A stretch of DNA of 56,309 nucleotides, the filler included, from Diploschistes diacapsis (lineage: Eukaryota), in assembly GCA_023645945.1 (NCBI GenBank). It is 4 parts of 4 records of this genome, joined end to end, with 100 filler letters (N's around TTAATTAATTAA, not from the genome) between each part and the next. Parts side by side here need not be neighbours in the genome. Positions count along the whole stretch, not along the records: positions 1 to 14,025 come from JALAIB010000619.1; positions 14,126 to 28,145 come from JALAIB010000620.1; 2 more parts are not named here. One strand, given 5' to 3'. The notes below the pieces were generated by a model that saw only the letters and a program-made list of their open reading frames with translations, made no database searches and was not told the origin of the DNA. Each line of letters starts with the position of its first letter. The stretch's first letter is position 1. Of the stretch, positions 13,436 to 27,541 are shown one piece after another. The position numbers and the translations under genes were made by a program.

Positions 13436-14025
13436 TCAAACCGCACCTTCCTCGACGTTCAACCCCCCGTCTCTCTCCTCCACCTCCATCTCCCTCTCCT
13501 CCCTCCTCGCCTCTTCTTCCCAGTCATCCACTACTGTTCCTCCATCCACGCTACTCCCGCCGGGCCCGGTCCCAGACCCCGTCCCCAGCCCGGCCGCGCG
13601 CTCCTCCTCCTCCAGCCTCCTCCTCGCCGCCTTCGCCCCGAGGGCCACAAACGCGTTCCTCCCCCCAACAGCCTGCGTCCTCGGCGCGAAGCGCAGCGGC
13701 GCCGCCGCTTTGGCCGCCACTTGGCTCCAGCCTCCGGCTGCGCCTCCGTCTCCGCTTCCAACTCCACTTTCCCTTATTCCACCCTCGCTCGCATGCGCAT
13801 TGGCTGCTGCCGAGAACGCAGCGGAAGAGGCCGATGGCGCATAAGCGCTCGATGAAGAGGCCGGATCCGCCTCGCGCCGGGTCACAGTATTGGCGGCGTC
13901 GACGGCGCACAGGGCGGGTGCCGCGGCGAGCTGTTTGGCTGCCACCGCGCTGGCGACAGCGGGTTTGAGGGCGCGCAGCATGGACGCGAGGACGGCGGGG
14001 GCGAGGGTCGTGGTGGGCGAGGAGG
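13436..14025 (-). CDS. 3' end of a gene truncated by the gap; resembles C-terminus of fungal NF-X1 finger/R3H (Fap1-like) proteins
   Basis: Frame open from gap to TGA; motifs LCAVDAANTVTRRE, GWSQVAAK and VVDDWEEE recalled from that family, unverified. Confidence 0.5.
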
Positions 14026-14125
14026 NNNNNNNNNNNNNNNNNNNNNNNNNNNNNNNNNNNNNNNNNNNNTTAATTAATTAANNNNNNNNNNNNNNNNNNN
14101 NNNNNNNNNNNNNNNNNNNNNNNNN
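14026..14125. other. Artificial contig spacer (N44-TTAATTAATTAA-N44)
   Basis: Six-frame-stop linker within Ns; identical at three sites. Confidence 0.98.
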
Positions 14126-14500
14126 GGTAGGAAGAACGGAAGAAATAAAAGAAAATAAAAGTTATAATAAAGATAAAAATATTCGATGTTTATTAGTATT
14201 ATAATTTTTATCACGTGATTAAGAGTTTTGGGATATAGAGACTGGCGTAAATATTTATTTTTTATATTTTATAAAGGTATATATAACGTCGACGATTTTT
14301 CGAGGCGCCGGATAATTTATAAAGGTATTTATAATAAAAATTTTTTATTATATTTATTTATTTATTATTATGGATGCGTCGATAGGGAGCCGTAAGGTTT
14401 TTTATCGACGTTTAATTATATTTAGGTTTTCGTAGGCGTTAATAATAACGTAACGCCTGTTTATAGTAACGTAGATTCTACGTTATGGCGGCGGAGATAT
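14126..14500. repeat. AT-rich RIP-like repeat relic
   Basis: TpA-rich, CpA/TpG-depleted, at contig end. Confidence 0.7.
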
Positions 14501-14992
14501 TACTAAAAGAGGTAAGGATCCGGAGCGCTAAGATCTGAGTTAACTACAATAGTAAGCCCGCAGCCGCAGCGACAGGGTTGCCAAACCTCTCTAATAAAAT
14601 ATAGATATAGCGGAGAATGGTGGAGATACTACTTACTACCCTTGTCCCCCGCACTCTCCCGCAAACGGCAATCTGCAACCTAGATACTAATCTAGTAGAT
14701 CTGCATCGAAGGACAGTAGACGAAGAACTACTACCCTTGGCCTTCTCAAGCATGACTCTCGGAAATAGCGCTTCTTGGCTTGAGTGTTGCCTCTATGGAA
14801 TTTCGGTTTTCCGATATTGGCAGAGTCTACCAACTTTGCTGACTTAGAGATGGACGCCTGATGAACTTCACATCTCTTGAATTGCGATACTTTAGTACTG
14901 CACCGAGGTTCCCTGGTTCCCAATAACTAACTACAAGCTGCTTGCTCACAACCTTGAAAAGAAATGCGGAGCCCTCCAGGGTGCTCGCGCAT

Positions 14993-17900
14993 ATGGCTTC
15001 AAGTGGAAAGACTCAGTTCAGCAACCCTTCGGCCTCGTCAAGCTTCCTTCCCTTGGGCCGCCAACGGAAGAGCTCGGTCATATCCATGGCTTCGAATATG
15101 GACAAAGACACGCTAAACCAGGCTCTAGATCACATTCATCGCACTGCTTCTTGCGCCGACTCTCTGACTACCTTCAACGAGTTTGCCCCTCCCCCTTCGT
15201 CTTCCGGTGCAAGAGATGGGCTTGGAATAACTGGTGACCTACAAGGTAGCTTGAGTGGCTTATATAGCCGACTCAAGGCAACAGTGGGGGGGTCGAAGGA
15301 TGTCATTACGGAACATGATTCAAACGCTGACGGGGCGGACGATACCTCTTCTTTGCGCAGTGTGCGAACGACTGGCTCGACGCCTGCATCTAGCTTAAAG
15401 TACGGTCCCAGGAAGAAGAGGAACCAAAGCCCTGCAGTGTCCAACCTTTCCCTGGTGGTTGATACACACGATGTCAACGCAGTCGGTATAGGTCAAGCGT
15501 CTGTTCAGACACCAAAAGCCGATAGCGGCCGAGAACATGCTCCTGGAAAGTCGGTGTCGAATACCTCGAACAGCATGGTCTTGAACGATAAACCGTTGCT
15601 GGTAAGAACTCCGACAGGCTTGAAACCCTTTACAACCCCCGTGATTGGCGCGGGCGGCCCGACCGTTTCTGAGACGAAGACGATAGCGGCGAACGGACAG
15701 CGCAATCGAAAAGCCAATACTGCCAATGTCGCCGATGCTTCGAACAATAAACCTCTGGATGCAATTGAAGTGTTAAGAGCTACAGATCGTAAGGTACCTA
15801 GACCTAAGTCTATCGAAGAGCAGTTTGGAACTCAAGATTCGGACTCGGTAGCAGTCGTCGAGTACGAGGGACATCCTCCAACCCTCAAAACTGGGGTTGA
15901 AAAGACTCTTAGTTCGGGCAGGGCAAAAGCCCAACCCATAAACCTGTCAGGAAAATTCGCGCTACATCAGCATCAGAAGAGCGACTCACCTCTAGCACAC
16001 CAAGACCGCAATTTGGACCAACAAAAGCCTAAAAACCAAGAAATACCGCCCTTTCCAGGCCTTGTTCGCGGTCACTCATCTACTAGCATCGCCCTGACTA
16101 CAGCTTCAACTATGAGACAAATCGAGGAAAGCGAAGAAGCTCTTCATGCGGTTGGGCGGCTGCCTTCCCACCTCGAGCCAAAACTCAAGCATGCGAAGAG
16201 TGCTGGGATCTCGCATACTTCGCTCACGAACAAGAGGAACAGAGTTTTGAGTAGAGAGTATTGGATGAGGGACGAGAATGCTAAGGATTGTTTTTACTGC
16301 GGGGATGCTTTTACCACCTGGCGTAGGAAGCACCATTGTCGGACTTGCGGTCAGATATTTGACGCAAAGTGTACAACTTTGGTGAATGGTGCGCCGTTTG
16401 GCCAACCGAACTCCATAAGACTATGTAAGCCATGCGAGAGCATAGTGGACGGCTACGATGATTCGTCCGAGTTCTCCGATGACGGTAGCATCTCGTCTGG
16501 GCTTCGCCCTCGGCATGGTTCATCGGGTGCTCATGATATTTCTCCCGCCAGATCCTTGACCTCGCTATGGATGAACGTCGAGTCAAAACGCGACCAGGTT
16601 CCAATGATGACCATTCCCACGCGCAGGCTACTCAACGACAACAAACGCCGGTCAGCTGTGCTTGAAATCGATGCTGAACCGAGACTGCAAAGGCCCGGGT
16701 CATCTCGGTCTTCAAAACCATCTCTTTTTATGCGATCGCATCCACCCGGACATAGGCGACATCATTCGAAGCCATTCCTGCAACGGGGTCCAAGGATCGA
16801 GATCGATGAACCAGCCCCTTTTCACTTTCAAAGTACTAGCGCTCCAAAGTTAGATCACAGACTACCAGCGTTCCACAGCGACAGCGTGATAGATCCAGAA
16901 CTTGCGGCATACTTATCGGACGAGGACTCCAGCGGTAACGAACAGCTTAGCCTTGCTGAAGCACTTAGCAATGATGTAGTACCTAGAAATGCGGAATTCG
17001 AGAGGAACGGATTTCCGGGCTTGAATACCTCATCTCGAAGGCGCCCGCGTCTACTTGACAAAAGCATTAGTGGCGTCGCTTCTAACTGTCATGAGGGCGA
17101 CAACGCCAGCATCAACAGCGCGAGGCTGGGCCGTTCTCGATCCTTTAAGCGAAGAACTCGAAGTATCTCGAGCAACTTGCAACTCAGAGCTTCGCCGACG
17201 GTACAAAGGTACGGCGCTCCCTCACAAGCCGGTGCACTGAATCAGGATGTGGTTCCAAGCTTGACAGACTTCGACCAAATGGACTCGCCGCCTCCGGTGA
17301 CTAACACAGAACTGCCTTCAATTAGCGATCCTTCTGAAACCTCTGCAGAATTAAATAATGCCAGCATACAACATATCAAGCGCATGCTCCTACAACTCTT
17401 GCGGAGGTTTCACGTCGGTAGCATCAGCAAGTGGGAAAAGGTTCTCTTGCCGATTATCCTTCAGGCAAGCAATGACGTTATACCAGATGTACAGAACGGA
17501 GACGCCATCGATATACGCCATTATATCAAGCTCAAGAAAATTCCCGGTGGTCGCCCCAGTGACAGTACTCTTGTATCTGGCCTTGTCTTCACCAAGAATC
17601 TTGCATTAAAGAGCATGCCGCGAAGCTTACCGCATCCAAACATCCTGATCTTGACCTTCCCACTGGAATATGCGCGACATCAAAAACACTTCATGAGTCT
17701 GGAGCCAGTCATTCGTCAAGAACGCGAGTACCTACAGAACCTAGTGCATAGAATTGCTGCTCTGCAGCCTCATCTTCTGCTCGTTCACCAGAATATTTCA
17801 GGTCTCGCACTGCAGTATCTAGAAGAGGCTCGGATAGCGACCGCATACAATGTCAAGCTTTCAGTATTAGAGGCCGTGTCTAGATTTGCAAAGACCCGGA

Positions 17901-20900
17901 TCATAAGTTCCATGGACAAACTTGCCATCAAACCTGCGCAGGCTGGCAAGTGTGCCGCATTTTATCTCAAGACATACAAGTATAAGCAGCGGAAGAAAAC
18001 ATACATGTATCTTTCTGGCTGTCCTAAGGAATTGGGATGCACAGTTGTACTCCGAGGCGGAGAAGACAAGATGTTATCGCATATCAAGAAAATCACCGAA
18101 TTCATGATATACGTTACCTATAACCTCAAGCTCGAGACATCGTTCTTGAGAGATGAATTTCTTCTGATGCCGTCGTATGAAGAATTAGGGACCATCATGT
18201 ATGAGGATGAAGCCGCAAAGAAAGTAGAAACTACTAGCAAACCAAAATTTACCAGCTTATCAATGCGGGAGGGGCCTACAGGGACTGTGAGCGACCAGAT
18301 GCTTGAGCAAGAACAGAAGCCACAGGATATTAAAGGCTTGAAAGCCGCTTTTATTAACGAAAACGCAGCAAGTGCGAGTCAGATGCACTCGCCGCGAACG
18401 GAAAATGCTGACGAGATCAACCTTCCGGATGATGTACCCATGCCCACTTTCTACGGCGATATGATCGAGCAGCAGAAGGATCGAATTCTCTCGTGCTCGC
18501 CGTTTGTCAGGTTCAGGCAGCCTTATCTTGTTATGAGAGCTCGAGAGCAAGAGCGCCGACTTGCTTATCTGAAGCAACTAAGAGACCAGGATAACAACAG
18601 CCTGGACATTAGCTCTTCAAATGCTTCCAAAAAATTCATGCTGGTTACGCCCGACATGATCCATGGCACGACCGAGCATGCTCCTCCAAAGGTACGTGAA
18701 GTTATTAGAGCGGTCCAGGACGCGGAATACGATAAGGCAGTGCACAACTATCGTACCCAGAAGAAACAATGGGAAGCGTACGTTGCTGGCAGTGGAGACA
18801 TGTTTGATCCTCTTTTACATCAGAACATTACGGTCTTATACAGCGTCATCTGCGCGACGACGAGCATACCATGTGTTGGCCCCGATGTGCTTGCGCTAGG
18901 GTTCTATAACGAACACGAAGTTGACGAGCATTTTGATGCGGATGTCACACTTGGACAATATGTTGAAGATCTCTGCCTCGGAGCGAAGAATAGCTGCATA
19001 GCACAAGCTTGTGACCGTACCATGTTAGACCATCATCGTCAGTACGTGCACGGGGAAGCCCAGCTCAGTATTACGGTAGAGCCGCAAGAGACTAGGCTTC
19101 CTGGCTTTGAGGACGTAATCCTCATGTGGAGCATATGCAGAATATGTAGCGAAGAAACACCTGTCATCCCGATGTCTGATAGTACATGGAAGTACTCTTT
19201 CGGAAAATATCTCGAGCTGTCCTTTTGGAGCAACGATTTCCATTCACGGGCTGGAGCCTGCCAACATGATCTTCATCGTGACTACCATCGATGTTTCGGC
19301 GTGAAGGATTTTGCTGTCCGAGTTCAGTACGATCCAGTGACGTTGCTGGAAATCATTGTTCCAAGGACGAGAATGACTTGGAAAGTAACGAATGATCTTA
19401 GGTTCAAGAACGAAGTGTTTCTCAAAGCGGAAGAACGAATCACTAATTTCATGAACTCTGTCAAGGCCCGCATCAAAAGTATCAAACTTGATAGTGTGAT
19501 TCCAGAGAAGACTGAGGAATGTAAGGAAGAGGTTGACCGGCTTTCGAAATTAGCTTATGAGCATCATGTTTTCTTGATAGAGAAGTTACAAGAGAAGTAC
19601 ATGGGATCACATTATTACGAAATTGTTCCCTTCAACCGAGCTATTCGCGCTTTGCAGGAAAAGGTCGTGGAGTGGGATAGTACCTTTGCCGAATTTGACC
19701 GGGATTTTTTCCCATCAGATAGGGATATTCGCCGTCTGGCTACTTTGCAGCTGAAGAAGATCTTTTTGGACCGCGAGGACTCGATTTCCACTCTGTCATC
19801 CACTGACGAGAAGCAAACTATTTCGATGACGAGTAGTTTCATGACGGATCCAAGCTCCCCAGAAGAGCCTCCCGTTTATGTACCACTAACACGTCAGATG
19901 TCTCCAGAAAAAGCTGAAGATATGCTGGCGGCTGTAGTCGAGAATCACCTGGGCACAGGGATCCCAGAGGAAAAGGAACAGGGTACTTGCTTTACGACAT
20001 TGAAAGTAGAAGGGCAGAAAGACGAAGACCAGAGCAGCTCTTCGTTTGCAAAAGATGTCCAACACCTTGATCTAGCAGTGCCTGAGAAAATTCTAGCGGA
20101 AAAAGTGATTGGGAATACCGAAAGTCCTGGCAAATTCGCAGATAGCGATATTAGCCCTGATAGTCAAACCTTTCCCAGCTTATCCAGTCAGGCAAGTCCT
20201 GTATTGGGCCAAGGCTTCGCAGCTGAACCGAGCAATATCATATCTCAGCCGAGTCCAGACGCGATTCGAGAGGATCAAACCTCCAAAGCCCAATCGCTAC
20301 ATCCAAACGAGCGTGTTCTTGGTCATGCTCGGGCCTCAGACGACACTAGGCGAAAAAGTGCACAAAGAAGCTCGATCCCCCTTTACCGTACTCGATCTCA
20401 GCCAACACACTTGCACAGGGAGAAAAGTAGCAGCAGCAGTGGGCATGGCAGCGGAGCCGGAAATCTAGCATCCTTCGTCAGTCACGGAGAAGACACTCTG
20501 AAGTATCATGAAAGAAAACAGTCCGATCGGGCTGCGCTCGGTCCAATGAAGTCGGGTATCAATAGCTACTCGATGATTCCGAGATCTATTGCTAACCGTA
20601 GGAAAGAGTCGAAGGTTTCCACTCTGGCCAAACATTTCGAGGAACTAAGCCGCGAGTTCGAGCGGGAGCGCCTTCACGATCGTAAACAGAGAGCATCAAA
20701 GGCCCGCCAAGTAAGAGCCTATCCGGTTGCTGCGTCAAGACCCATCATTGAAGAGTATCGCAATTTCTATGAAGCTGTTGACGAGACAGATCCTTCCGAC
20801 GAACAGGCGATTGGGCTCGTCCACGCGAGCGAGCCTGTTGGGGTTTCGGACGTGACCCGACAATTGGCGGAGGGCGACAACGAACCTAATTCTTCTGTCA

Positions 20901-22447
20901 CTGTTACTGAGGGTGAGATGATGGTAGAAGATACGGCTACCGAGACAACTGAGAATGAAGGACCGGCCATCACGGACAGTCGCGTTGAGTCTTCAGACGA
21001 GGAAGATAACAAAACGGGAGACACCGAGGGGGCTAAGGAGGGTATCAACCATGCCGCTGAAACGCAGGCTCCCCTCAACCCTGTGGAAGCGCAGCTCGAT
21101 CTCAAGCTCGATTTGCCAAAGCATGAAAAGAGTTCTTTGATGAAGATGCTCACCAATTTCTGGGCCGAACGATCAGCAAGTGGCTGGCAGCCTCTGGAAT
21201 ATCCTTTGAACCCTACAGATCATATTTTCGAAGATTCAGACATAATCATTCGTGAGGATGAACCAAGCTCTTTGGTTGCTTTTGCTTTGAACGCTGCAGA
21301 CTATAAAGCTAAACTTGTCAAAATCCAAGCAAAGAGCGCCAAGTACGAACTACAGAACAAGGACTATGTAGAGGATTTGTTCCTTAACAGCGAAGATCAA
21401 GCACGTATCGAGCGTTCTCTCCTACAATCTACCGGCACTCACCTCAAGTACCAGTTTCAGGAGGGCTCCGCCAGAATGCTCTGCAAGATATTCTACGCCG
21501 AGCAATTTGATGCCGTCCGGCGTAAATGCGGCATCGATTTCCGCTTCATCGAGTCCCTCTCGCGCTGTTTGAAATGGGACTCCAAAGGCGGCAAGACCAA
21601 ATCCGTCTTCCTCAAAACCCTTGATGACCGCCTCGTTCTCAAGTCCCTTTCCCAGATCGAAACTCAGGCCTTCCTCAGCTTCGCGCCCTCGTACTTCACG
21701 CTCATGGGCGAGGCGCTCTTCCACGAGCTCCCCTCCGTCATTGCTAAAATGGTTGGGTTCTATCAGATCATCATCAAGAATCCGGCCACGGGCGTCGAGT
21801 TCAACTGGTTCCTGCTGGTAATGGAGAACCTCTTCTATGACCGCGCGCCGACGCGCATCTTTGACCTCAAGGGCTCGATGCGCAACCGCCGGATCCAGAG
21901 CACGGGTGAGCGCAACGAGGTCCTGCTGGACGAGAACATGGTCGAGTACATCTACGAGAAGCCGCTGTTCGCGCGCGAGCACTCGAAGCGGCTGCTGCGC
22001 GCGAGTGTGTACAACGACACTTTGTTCTTGGCCAGACAGAACGTCATGGACTACTCGCTAATGGTCGCCATCGACGAGCAGAGGAAGGAACTGGTGGTGG
22101 GTATCATCGACTGTATAAGGACGTACACGTGGGACAAGAAGCTGGAGAGCTGGATGAAGGATCGCGGTAAGAACAGGCCCACCGTGACGAGCCCGAAGGA
22201 GTACAAGAATCGGTTCAGGGAGGCGATGAGTCGGTATGTCTTGCAGGCGCCGACGTAAGTTTCTCTCTTCTCTTATTTCCCACCCCCACTTTTTATGATT
22301 TTGGAAGATGCTATGGTTAGCGCATGCTGATACATGTACAGATGCTGGCATCAGTTCAAGGCGCCGAGGTTTGAAGCCCGCTTCGAAAGAGTCGAGGAGA
22401 CGGCGCCCGCGAGCCAGGAGCTGCCAGGGGAGTTGGAGGCTGTGTGA
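14993..22447 (+). CDS. FAB1: 1-phosphatidylinositol-3-phosphate 5-kinase; exons 14993-22254, 22342-22447
   Basis: FYVE (CFYCGDAFTTWRRKHHCRTCGQIFDAKC), Cpn60/TCP-1-like domain, PIPK motifs GGKTKS, DLKGS, MDYSL. Intron 22255-22341 gives ...QAPTCWHQF...EAV*. Confidence 0.96.
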
Positions 22448-23147
22448 GATCCTCCCCCCCCCGGTAGTGCACCATCTGCATGAGGAAGGGAGTACCGGCA
22501 TTTTATTTGGGCTCGTCGTACCATTTCTGGAATGTATAGCTTGTAGCGTTGGAAGTTCAACTGCATTGCTTGCTGGTATGCTGCCGGGTATAGATCACGG
22601 GATGGAGGAGCGAGCTCATAACTTACAGCTCGAAAGGCTACGAGGTTATGAGTATGTATATGTTTTCCCTTGCATTGCATTTGGCCGGGTCGGAACAGTG
22701 TTTGTTCATAGGTTCAGAGCACAGCTGTGCTAGATACAGCGCTATCTACTAGGTAGACACATTGCTGTTCCTTCTGAGCAAGGAAACAATAGAGGCTACC
22801 GTGATTCCTAGTAGCACAGCCATATTCATTCAATGTAGAGTTCCGTCCAGTCGTGTTCCCTTCATGGAAAACCAAATGGGAGTAATCATGCCATCGCCGA
22901 AATCCCATCCCATCCCTCCCTGACAACTCGTTGTCCTTGCCACCACTTGTCCTACCTACCACCATCATATCATGCACCCATCCATCACAACAAGCTACCT
23001 CCTTTCTCGAAGCATCGACCGCATCATCAAGTCTTCATCGAACATCATATCGCGCAATCAATCGCGCATCGTATCAACCGAGAGGCCTTGGTTCTTTTAA
23101 CAGCATCCGCGCTCGAGTCCAAAAGTCTTCATGCCTGCCTGCTTTGC

Positions 23148-25674
23148 TCAGACAACGCCGCTCCCCTTCCACTCCTCCCTCCACCCGCGCCATTCGTCGG
23201 GTCTGGTTTCCGCGCGTGTGCCGAGGGCTTCGTTGATCTCGAGGCGGCGGGCCATGAAAGAGTCTATCTCGTAGGTCCGGGCAGCCGTAGCGGGAGCGGA
23301 AGGGACGGCAGGAGCCGGAAGAAAGGCATGAGCAGGGGCGGGCTTGGGCTCCGGGACCGCGTCTTCTATCGTGCCTTCGACGGTGGAGGGAAAGGGCGCC
23401 GGATCGAAGCCGGACTCGGAGGCGTCGTTGTCGATAGCCATGGGGCGGGAGTGCGTGCCACGCAGCTGCAGAGAGGTAAATCCTTGACTTAAATGTGCCG
23501 GAGCTTTGGTCTTGGGCCTGATGCGTCTGGTTTTGGTCGTGTCGTTAATGGCCCGAACATCGTCCGAGTCGGATAGCGGGGGAAGCATTCGGCCGTGGCC
23601 TTTCCTCGAATATTTACGTTGGGTGGCGAAGTCCCTTCTGCGGGTATTAGCATGCTTCGAAGATTTATTATACATATTTGGTTGAGGGGGCGCCGTAATG
23701 ATATGTCGGCGTTTCGTTGGATTTTTTTGGGCATAATCCAGCTTGCGTTTAGTACTCCCTTGACTGTTAGAACTGTAGGTACTACCCCGATGATACAAGA
23801 ACTGGTCGAAGTTAATCTGTTTTTGAGGGGCGATCGACTTCGAAGAGGTGCTGTGCTCTGATTCAACTTCATTATCGCTGATAACGTACTTAGAAATAGC
23901 GGAATTTGGTACTTGACTATGTTCAGTATTCTGTAGCAACTGCGCGCGGATATACATGTCATCATCATGTAGGGATTCTTCTCGGATGTCAAGCGCATCC
24001 AACTGAAAGAAATCATCCCCAACGAGAGTATCTGGACTATCCGCTCTCGGTTCTTCAAAGCGAACATGAATTGCGAGCGAGGTGTCTTCGGTAATGTCAT
24101 CAGGCATGAACTTCTCCTGCTCTTGTATGAATGTGTCGAACCCTTGTTGGACCCTCTCAAGATAGAACCTAGACTCGCTTTGTCGAGAGTTAATCGGGGT
24201 GAAGCACCAGCTTTGCGCTAGCCTTGAAGCGAAGTCTTGAAGTAAAGTTGCGGGTAGCCCAATAAAGGCTAAGAACGAGCCAACTTCTATGCCAGTGGCC
24301 TTATCTATCTTGGAGACTTGAGCACGCTTCAAGGCCGGAATATAGCCGTTCGAGTTCTTTGCGTGCTCAAAGACATTAATAGATAAAACATGGCCCATTG
24401 CTGGTCGTTGAGCGACAAGATCGCGGAATGTGTCTAATGCAAACCTGATCAGAAAAGATTATACATAGCCGAAGAATTCGAACTTACCTATGGCGAAATC
24501 TGCGACTATTGCTTCCGACTCTATCTTCCCCCATGCGAGATACTCGTACTTGTAGGTGTAATTATACTCGTTCTCTCTGTTCCAACAATATCCTTTTATT
24601 CCAAAGTTTTGCGCAATGTCCCTTCCATTGAAAACTCGTGGCCGACCTTCAATCGGATTTTCGATCAGGTAAGCCAGGCTGATCACTGCGATTCTAGGAT
24701 TTGCCCTTGACCGTAACGCACGATGGAGAGCAGGGCGGAAGTTACTGAAGAGAGAAATGAAATGGGAAGGATGTCGAACCGGCCTAAGATGTACAAAGGC
24801 AAGAGCTTGAAAGGCTTCGTAATTTGTTTCCACTCCCGGTACAGGAGAGGCAGCGAAAGCAAGCGCTCGAAATCCGTCTTTGTCTCGTATCCCATGCGAA
24901 TCATCATCGTAGAATCGGAAAACGAGGTTGCCACCTTTCCTGGGTTGCAATTTCGTTAGCAAGCTTACGGCAGACGCTTTCGACCTTTCGACTAAAGGTT
25001 CTCTGCCAATAGAGAAAGACTGAGATGATGGTACAACGACTGAGGCTTTACCTATTGTACCTTCATAAAGATTAGAGATTATACTGGAAGATAGGATTGC
25101 GCGATCAAAACCTACCATTCAGATCGACGAAAGGTGCGGAATTTTCTTTGGTAGAATCCATATTTTCAGCTAGCTGTGTCTCGAAGTCTCGTTTCAGCTG
25201 CCCATTAGCAGCCGTAATCACGTTATCCTGAGCTCTAAGAATCAGATTTAACCTCAGAGACGAAGACGCGTTGCTAATAGCAGTCATCTCCTTTGCACAA
25301 CCCAAGAAAGGATGCCGGAATTTTGTATCTAGAAATGTTTCCCTCCAAGGCCGGCTCTTTTTCCCATCGCGGAAGATCTCATATAGCTGTGACGAGATTG
25401 CACCGGGAGAAATTCTTCGGCCATTTGTACCGAGAGGCAACTCTTGAGCGAATGTTTGTACAAAAGTATCTCTGAGCTCTCGGGAAGATATTTCGCGCAG
25501 AGTCTGTTTATCCTTTACGAGGAACCACCTTCGTAATACACACAAATACTTCCGTTGCGAATCTGTCCAGCGGTGATGAGCATTGCGCTCCTCAGGAAAT
25601 GCAGGGCTGTCGTCTGAGCTGCCATCAAGAGCAATGGCAGCGAGACGCAGTGATAGCTCGAAACTTGAGGACAT
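23148..25674 (-). CDS. Hypothetical protein with central DUF7587-like/ADP-ribosyltransferase-like motif domain; exons 25674-25116, 25060-24488, 24433-23148
   Basis: Three ORFs joined in frame by GT-AG introns 25061-25115 and 24434-24487; motifs LVFRFYD, HFISLF, YEYLAWGKI. Confidence 0.7.
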
Positions 25675-26777
25675 GATTGTTATTTTAAGCACCTCACAGT
25701 CCGTTCAAAGTATTGAGGCTCGTGTGTTGCTGCAACAGAGGTAGGAAAAGCACACGCTTACGACAAGCTCGTGGTGATTACCAACTGCAAAGCAAAGATT
25801 TGAGAAGAATCTGAATCAGATTGAAATACCGTTCTGCCACGGGAAACACAATTTCGAATCAATAAGTCTGCCAGCTCCGGAGGAAGTTAAATGTACAGAG
25901 CAATTTAAAGTGAAGATAGGAAATTACACGCTTTCGCCACAACGGCCTTTCCATAATGGAGCGAAACTTACTACCTAATATACTGTGAATTTCTGCACTG
26001 CTACGATAGCCATAGATCTGGAGATAATTATCAGCTGAGCTTCGTGTTTTTCCAAACTACGATATCTTCTTCGAGATGGCCATTGTTGATAGGCCAAACA
26101 GAATCAGGGGCAATCCTTATGCTTAGACAGGAACCCAGAAGGAAGTGAGCCGCAAGTATTGCGAATAGAAGTGATATACAAGTGATATACAACGGTATAG
26201 TATGGAAGAAAGGAAAGCAACTTGAAGGTTGAGAATTGTATTTCAACACGAATTCGCTTGGCGCACGCGAGCAGAGCAAAACTTGGAAGGAAGAGGACTG
26301 GGCTGATGACCAGGCCTCGAACACTTCACTATCCTGACAAAAAGCTTGTTTCGATGGCGAAGCACAAAACAAAGTCTTGTAGAATACCGATAATCCTTTG
26401 AGACCAGGGACCACGTTGGCAGGGCTTGCCATCAGCGCCGCAGATCGCATGGCTAGAGCCGTTGGTTGTTGGCTGACCTTTATACAGCAGATACGCTGGA
26501 GTTGGTCTGGTCGGCGGTATTCACTGGCTCAAAGCCATTCAAATATGCTCTTGTCTCCTTCGCGCACGATACGCTCTGTCGCTGAAAAGACACTGTTCCT
26601 TTTAATGGATACGCTAGAGACCAACGGCACAGGTAGGTAGTATTGATATTTCCTTACACTCGACGTCCACGAGCTCTTTTCTTTCCATTAGTTAGTCAGA
26701 TGTCTCGCAACTCTTTGAGACGCAACGCCTCTCTCCTAGATCAATAAAAATACACGCCTACTACCGCCTTGCCGAAA

Positions 26778-27251
26778 ATGCGCAGCATCCGCACGTGCAT
26801 CGCAACTGCAGGGTCCATCGGCTAACCGATCTTTGGCTTAATCCGACCTCTACGCCCGCGACGCGGAACCCTACAATCTCAACGACTTTGGTTCCCCAGA
26901 CCTCCTCCTCCACCGCCGCGAAGCCGCCGCGATCTCCTCCCCCTCCGACCTCTCCTTCTTCCTACAGCGACGCGCTGTCGAAGCCCACGCGGAAGCCTTT
27001 GCGTTTGCAGAATCCCCGCGCCCGAGCCGGGCCCGGTCCCCAATAACGGCAGAATGAAAGAGACGCCGAAAGAGATGACGGGGTGTTGTGCGGACGGGGG
27101 CAAGATCAACACTGCTTGGGTGATCCGGCAAGTGGATCGTGTGCGCGATGGGAAACCGATGGGGGCGGAGTGCGATGCGGGGCCGCCGCAGCTGAAACTG
27201 GCGCATCTTGTGGGGGCTTGGACGGAGTGTCCGAAGAAGTGGGTTGTGTAA
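26778..27251 (+). pseudogene. Degenerate small secreted pre-pro-protein (LYARDAEP pro-region, Cys-containing C-terminal domain)
   Basis: MRSIRTCIATAG / SLA*SDLYARDAEP...LQRRAVEAHAEAFAFAES / APEPGPVPNNGRMKETPKEMTGCC...; needs two frameshifts and passes one TAA. Confidence 0.5.
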
Positions 27252-27541
27252 GGGGGTTTCATGGATGGGGTATACGATATGGTATAATTATATGTGGATT
27301 AACGGTGTACGAATTTATGAGGCATTAGTAACGGAAGTGAGGTTCGATCGGTTTGTTAGGGTGAGAGTCCACCGCGATGTACTCGGGATCTATGCGCCAC
27401 TGTCTCTTATAGTATACCCAGAACCCAACGCGGGGACCTCGATATGTCTCCACACATCCTATCGTAAGACTTCTGTTGTACACTTTATCTTCCGCTATGC
27501 AACTATCTTCTATCCCCTCCTCCGCACCACCTCTCAACCCC

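Noticed and set aside
14070..14081. TTAATTAATTAA palindrome repeated three times
   Set aside because: Synthetic assembly linker.
21422..21982. 186-aa antisense ORF in FAB1 (similarly 8784-9470 and 4001-4567)
   Set aside because: Shadow frames of real genes caused by codon bias.
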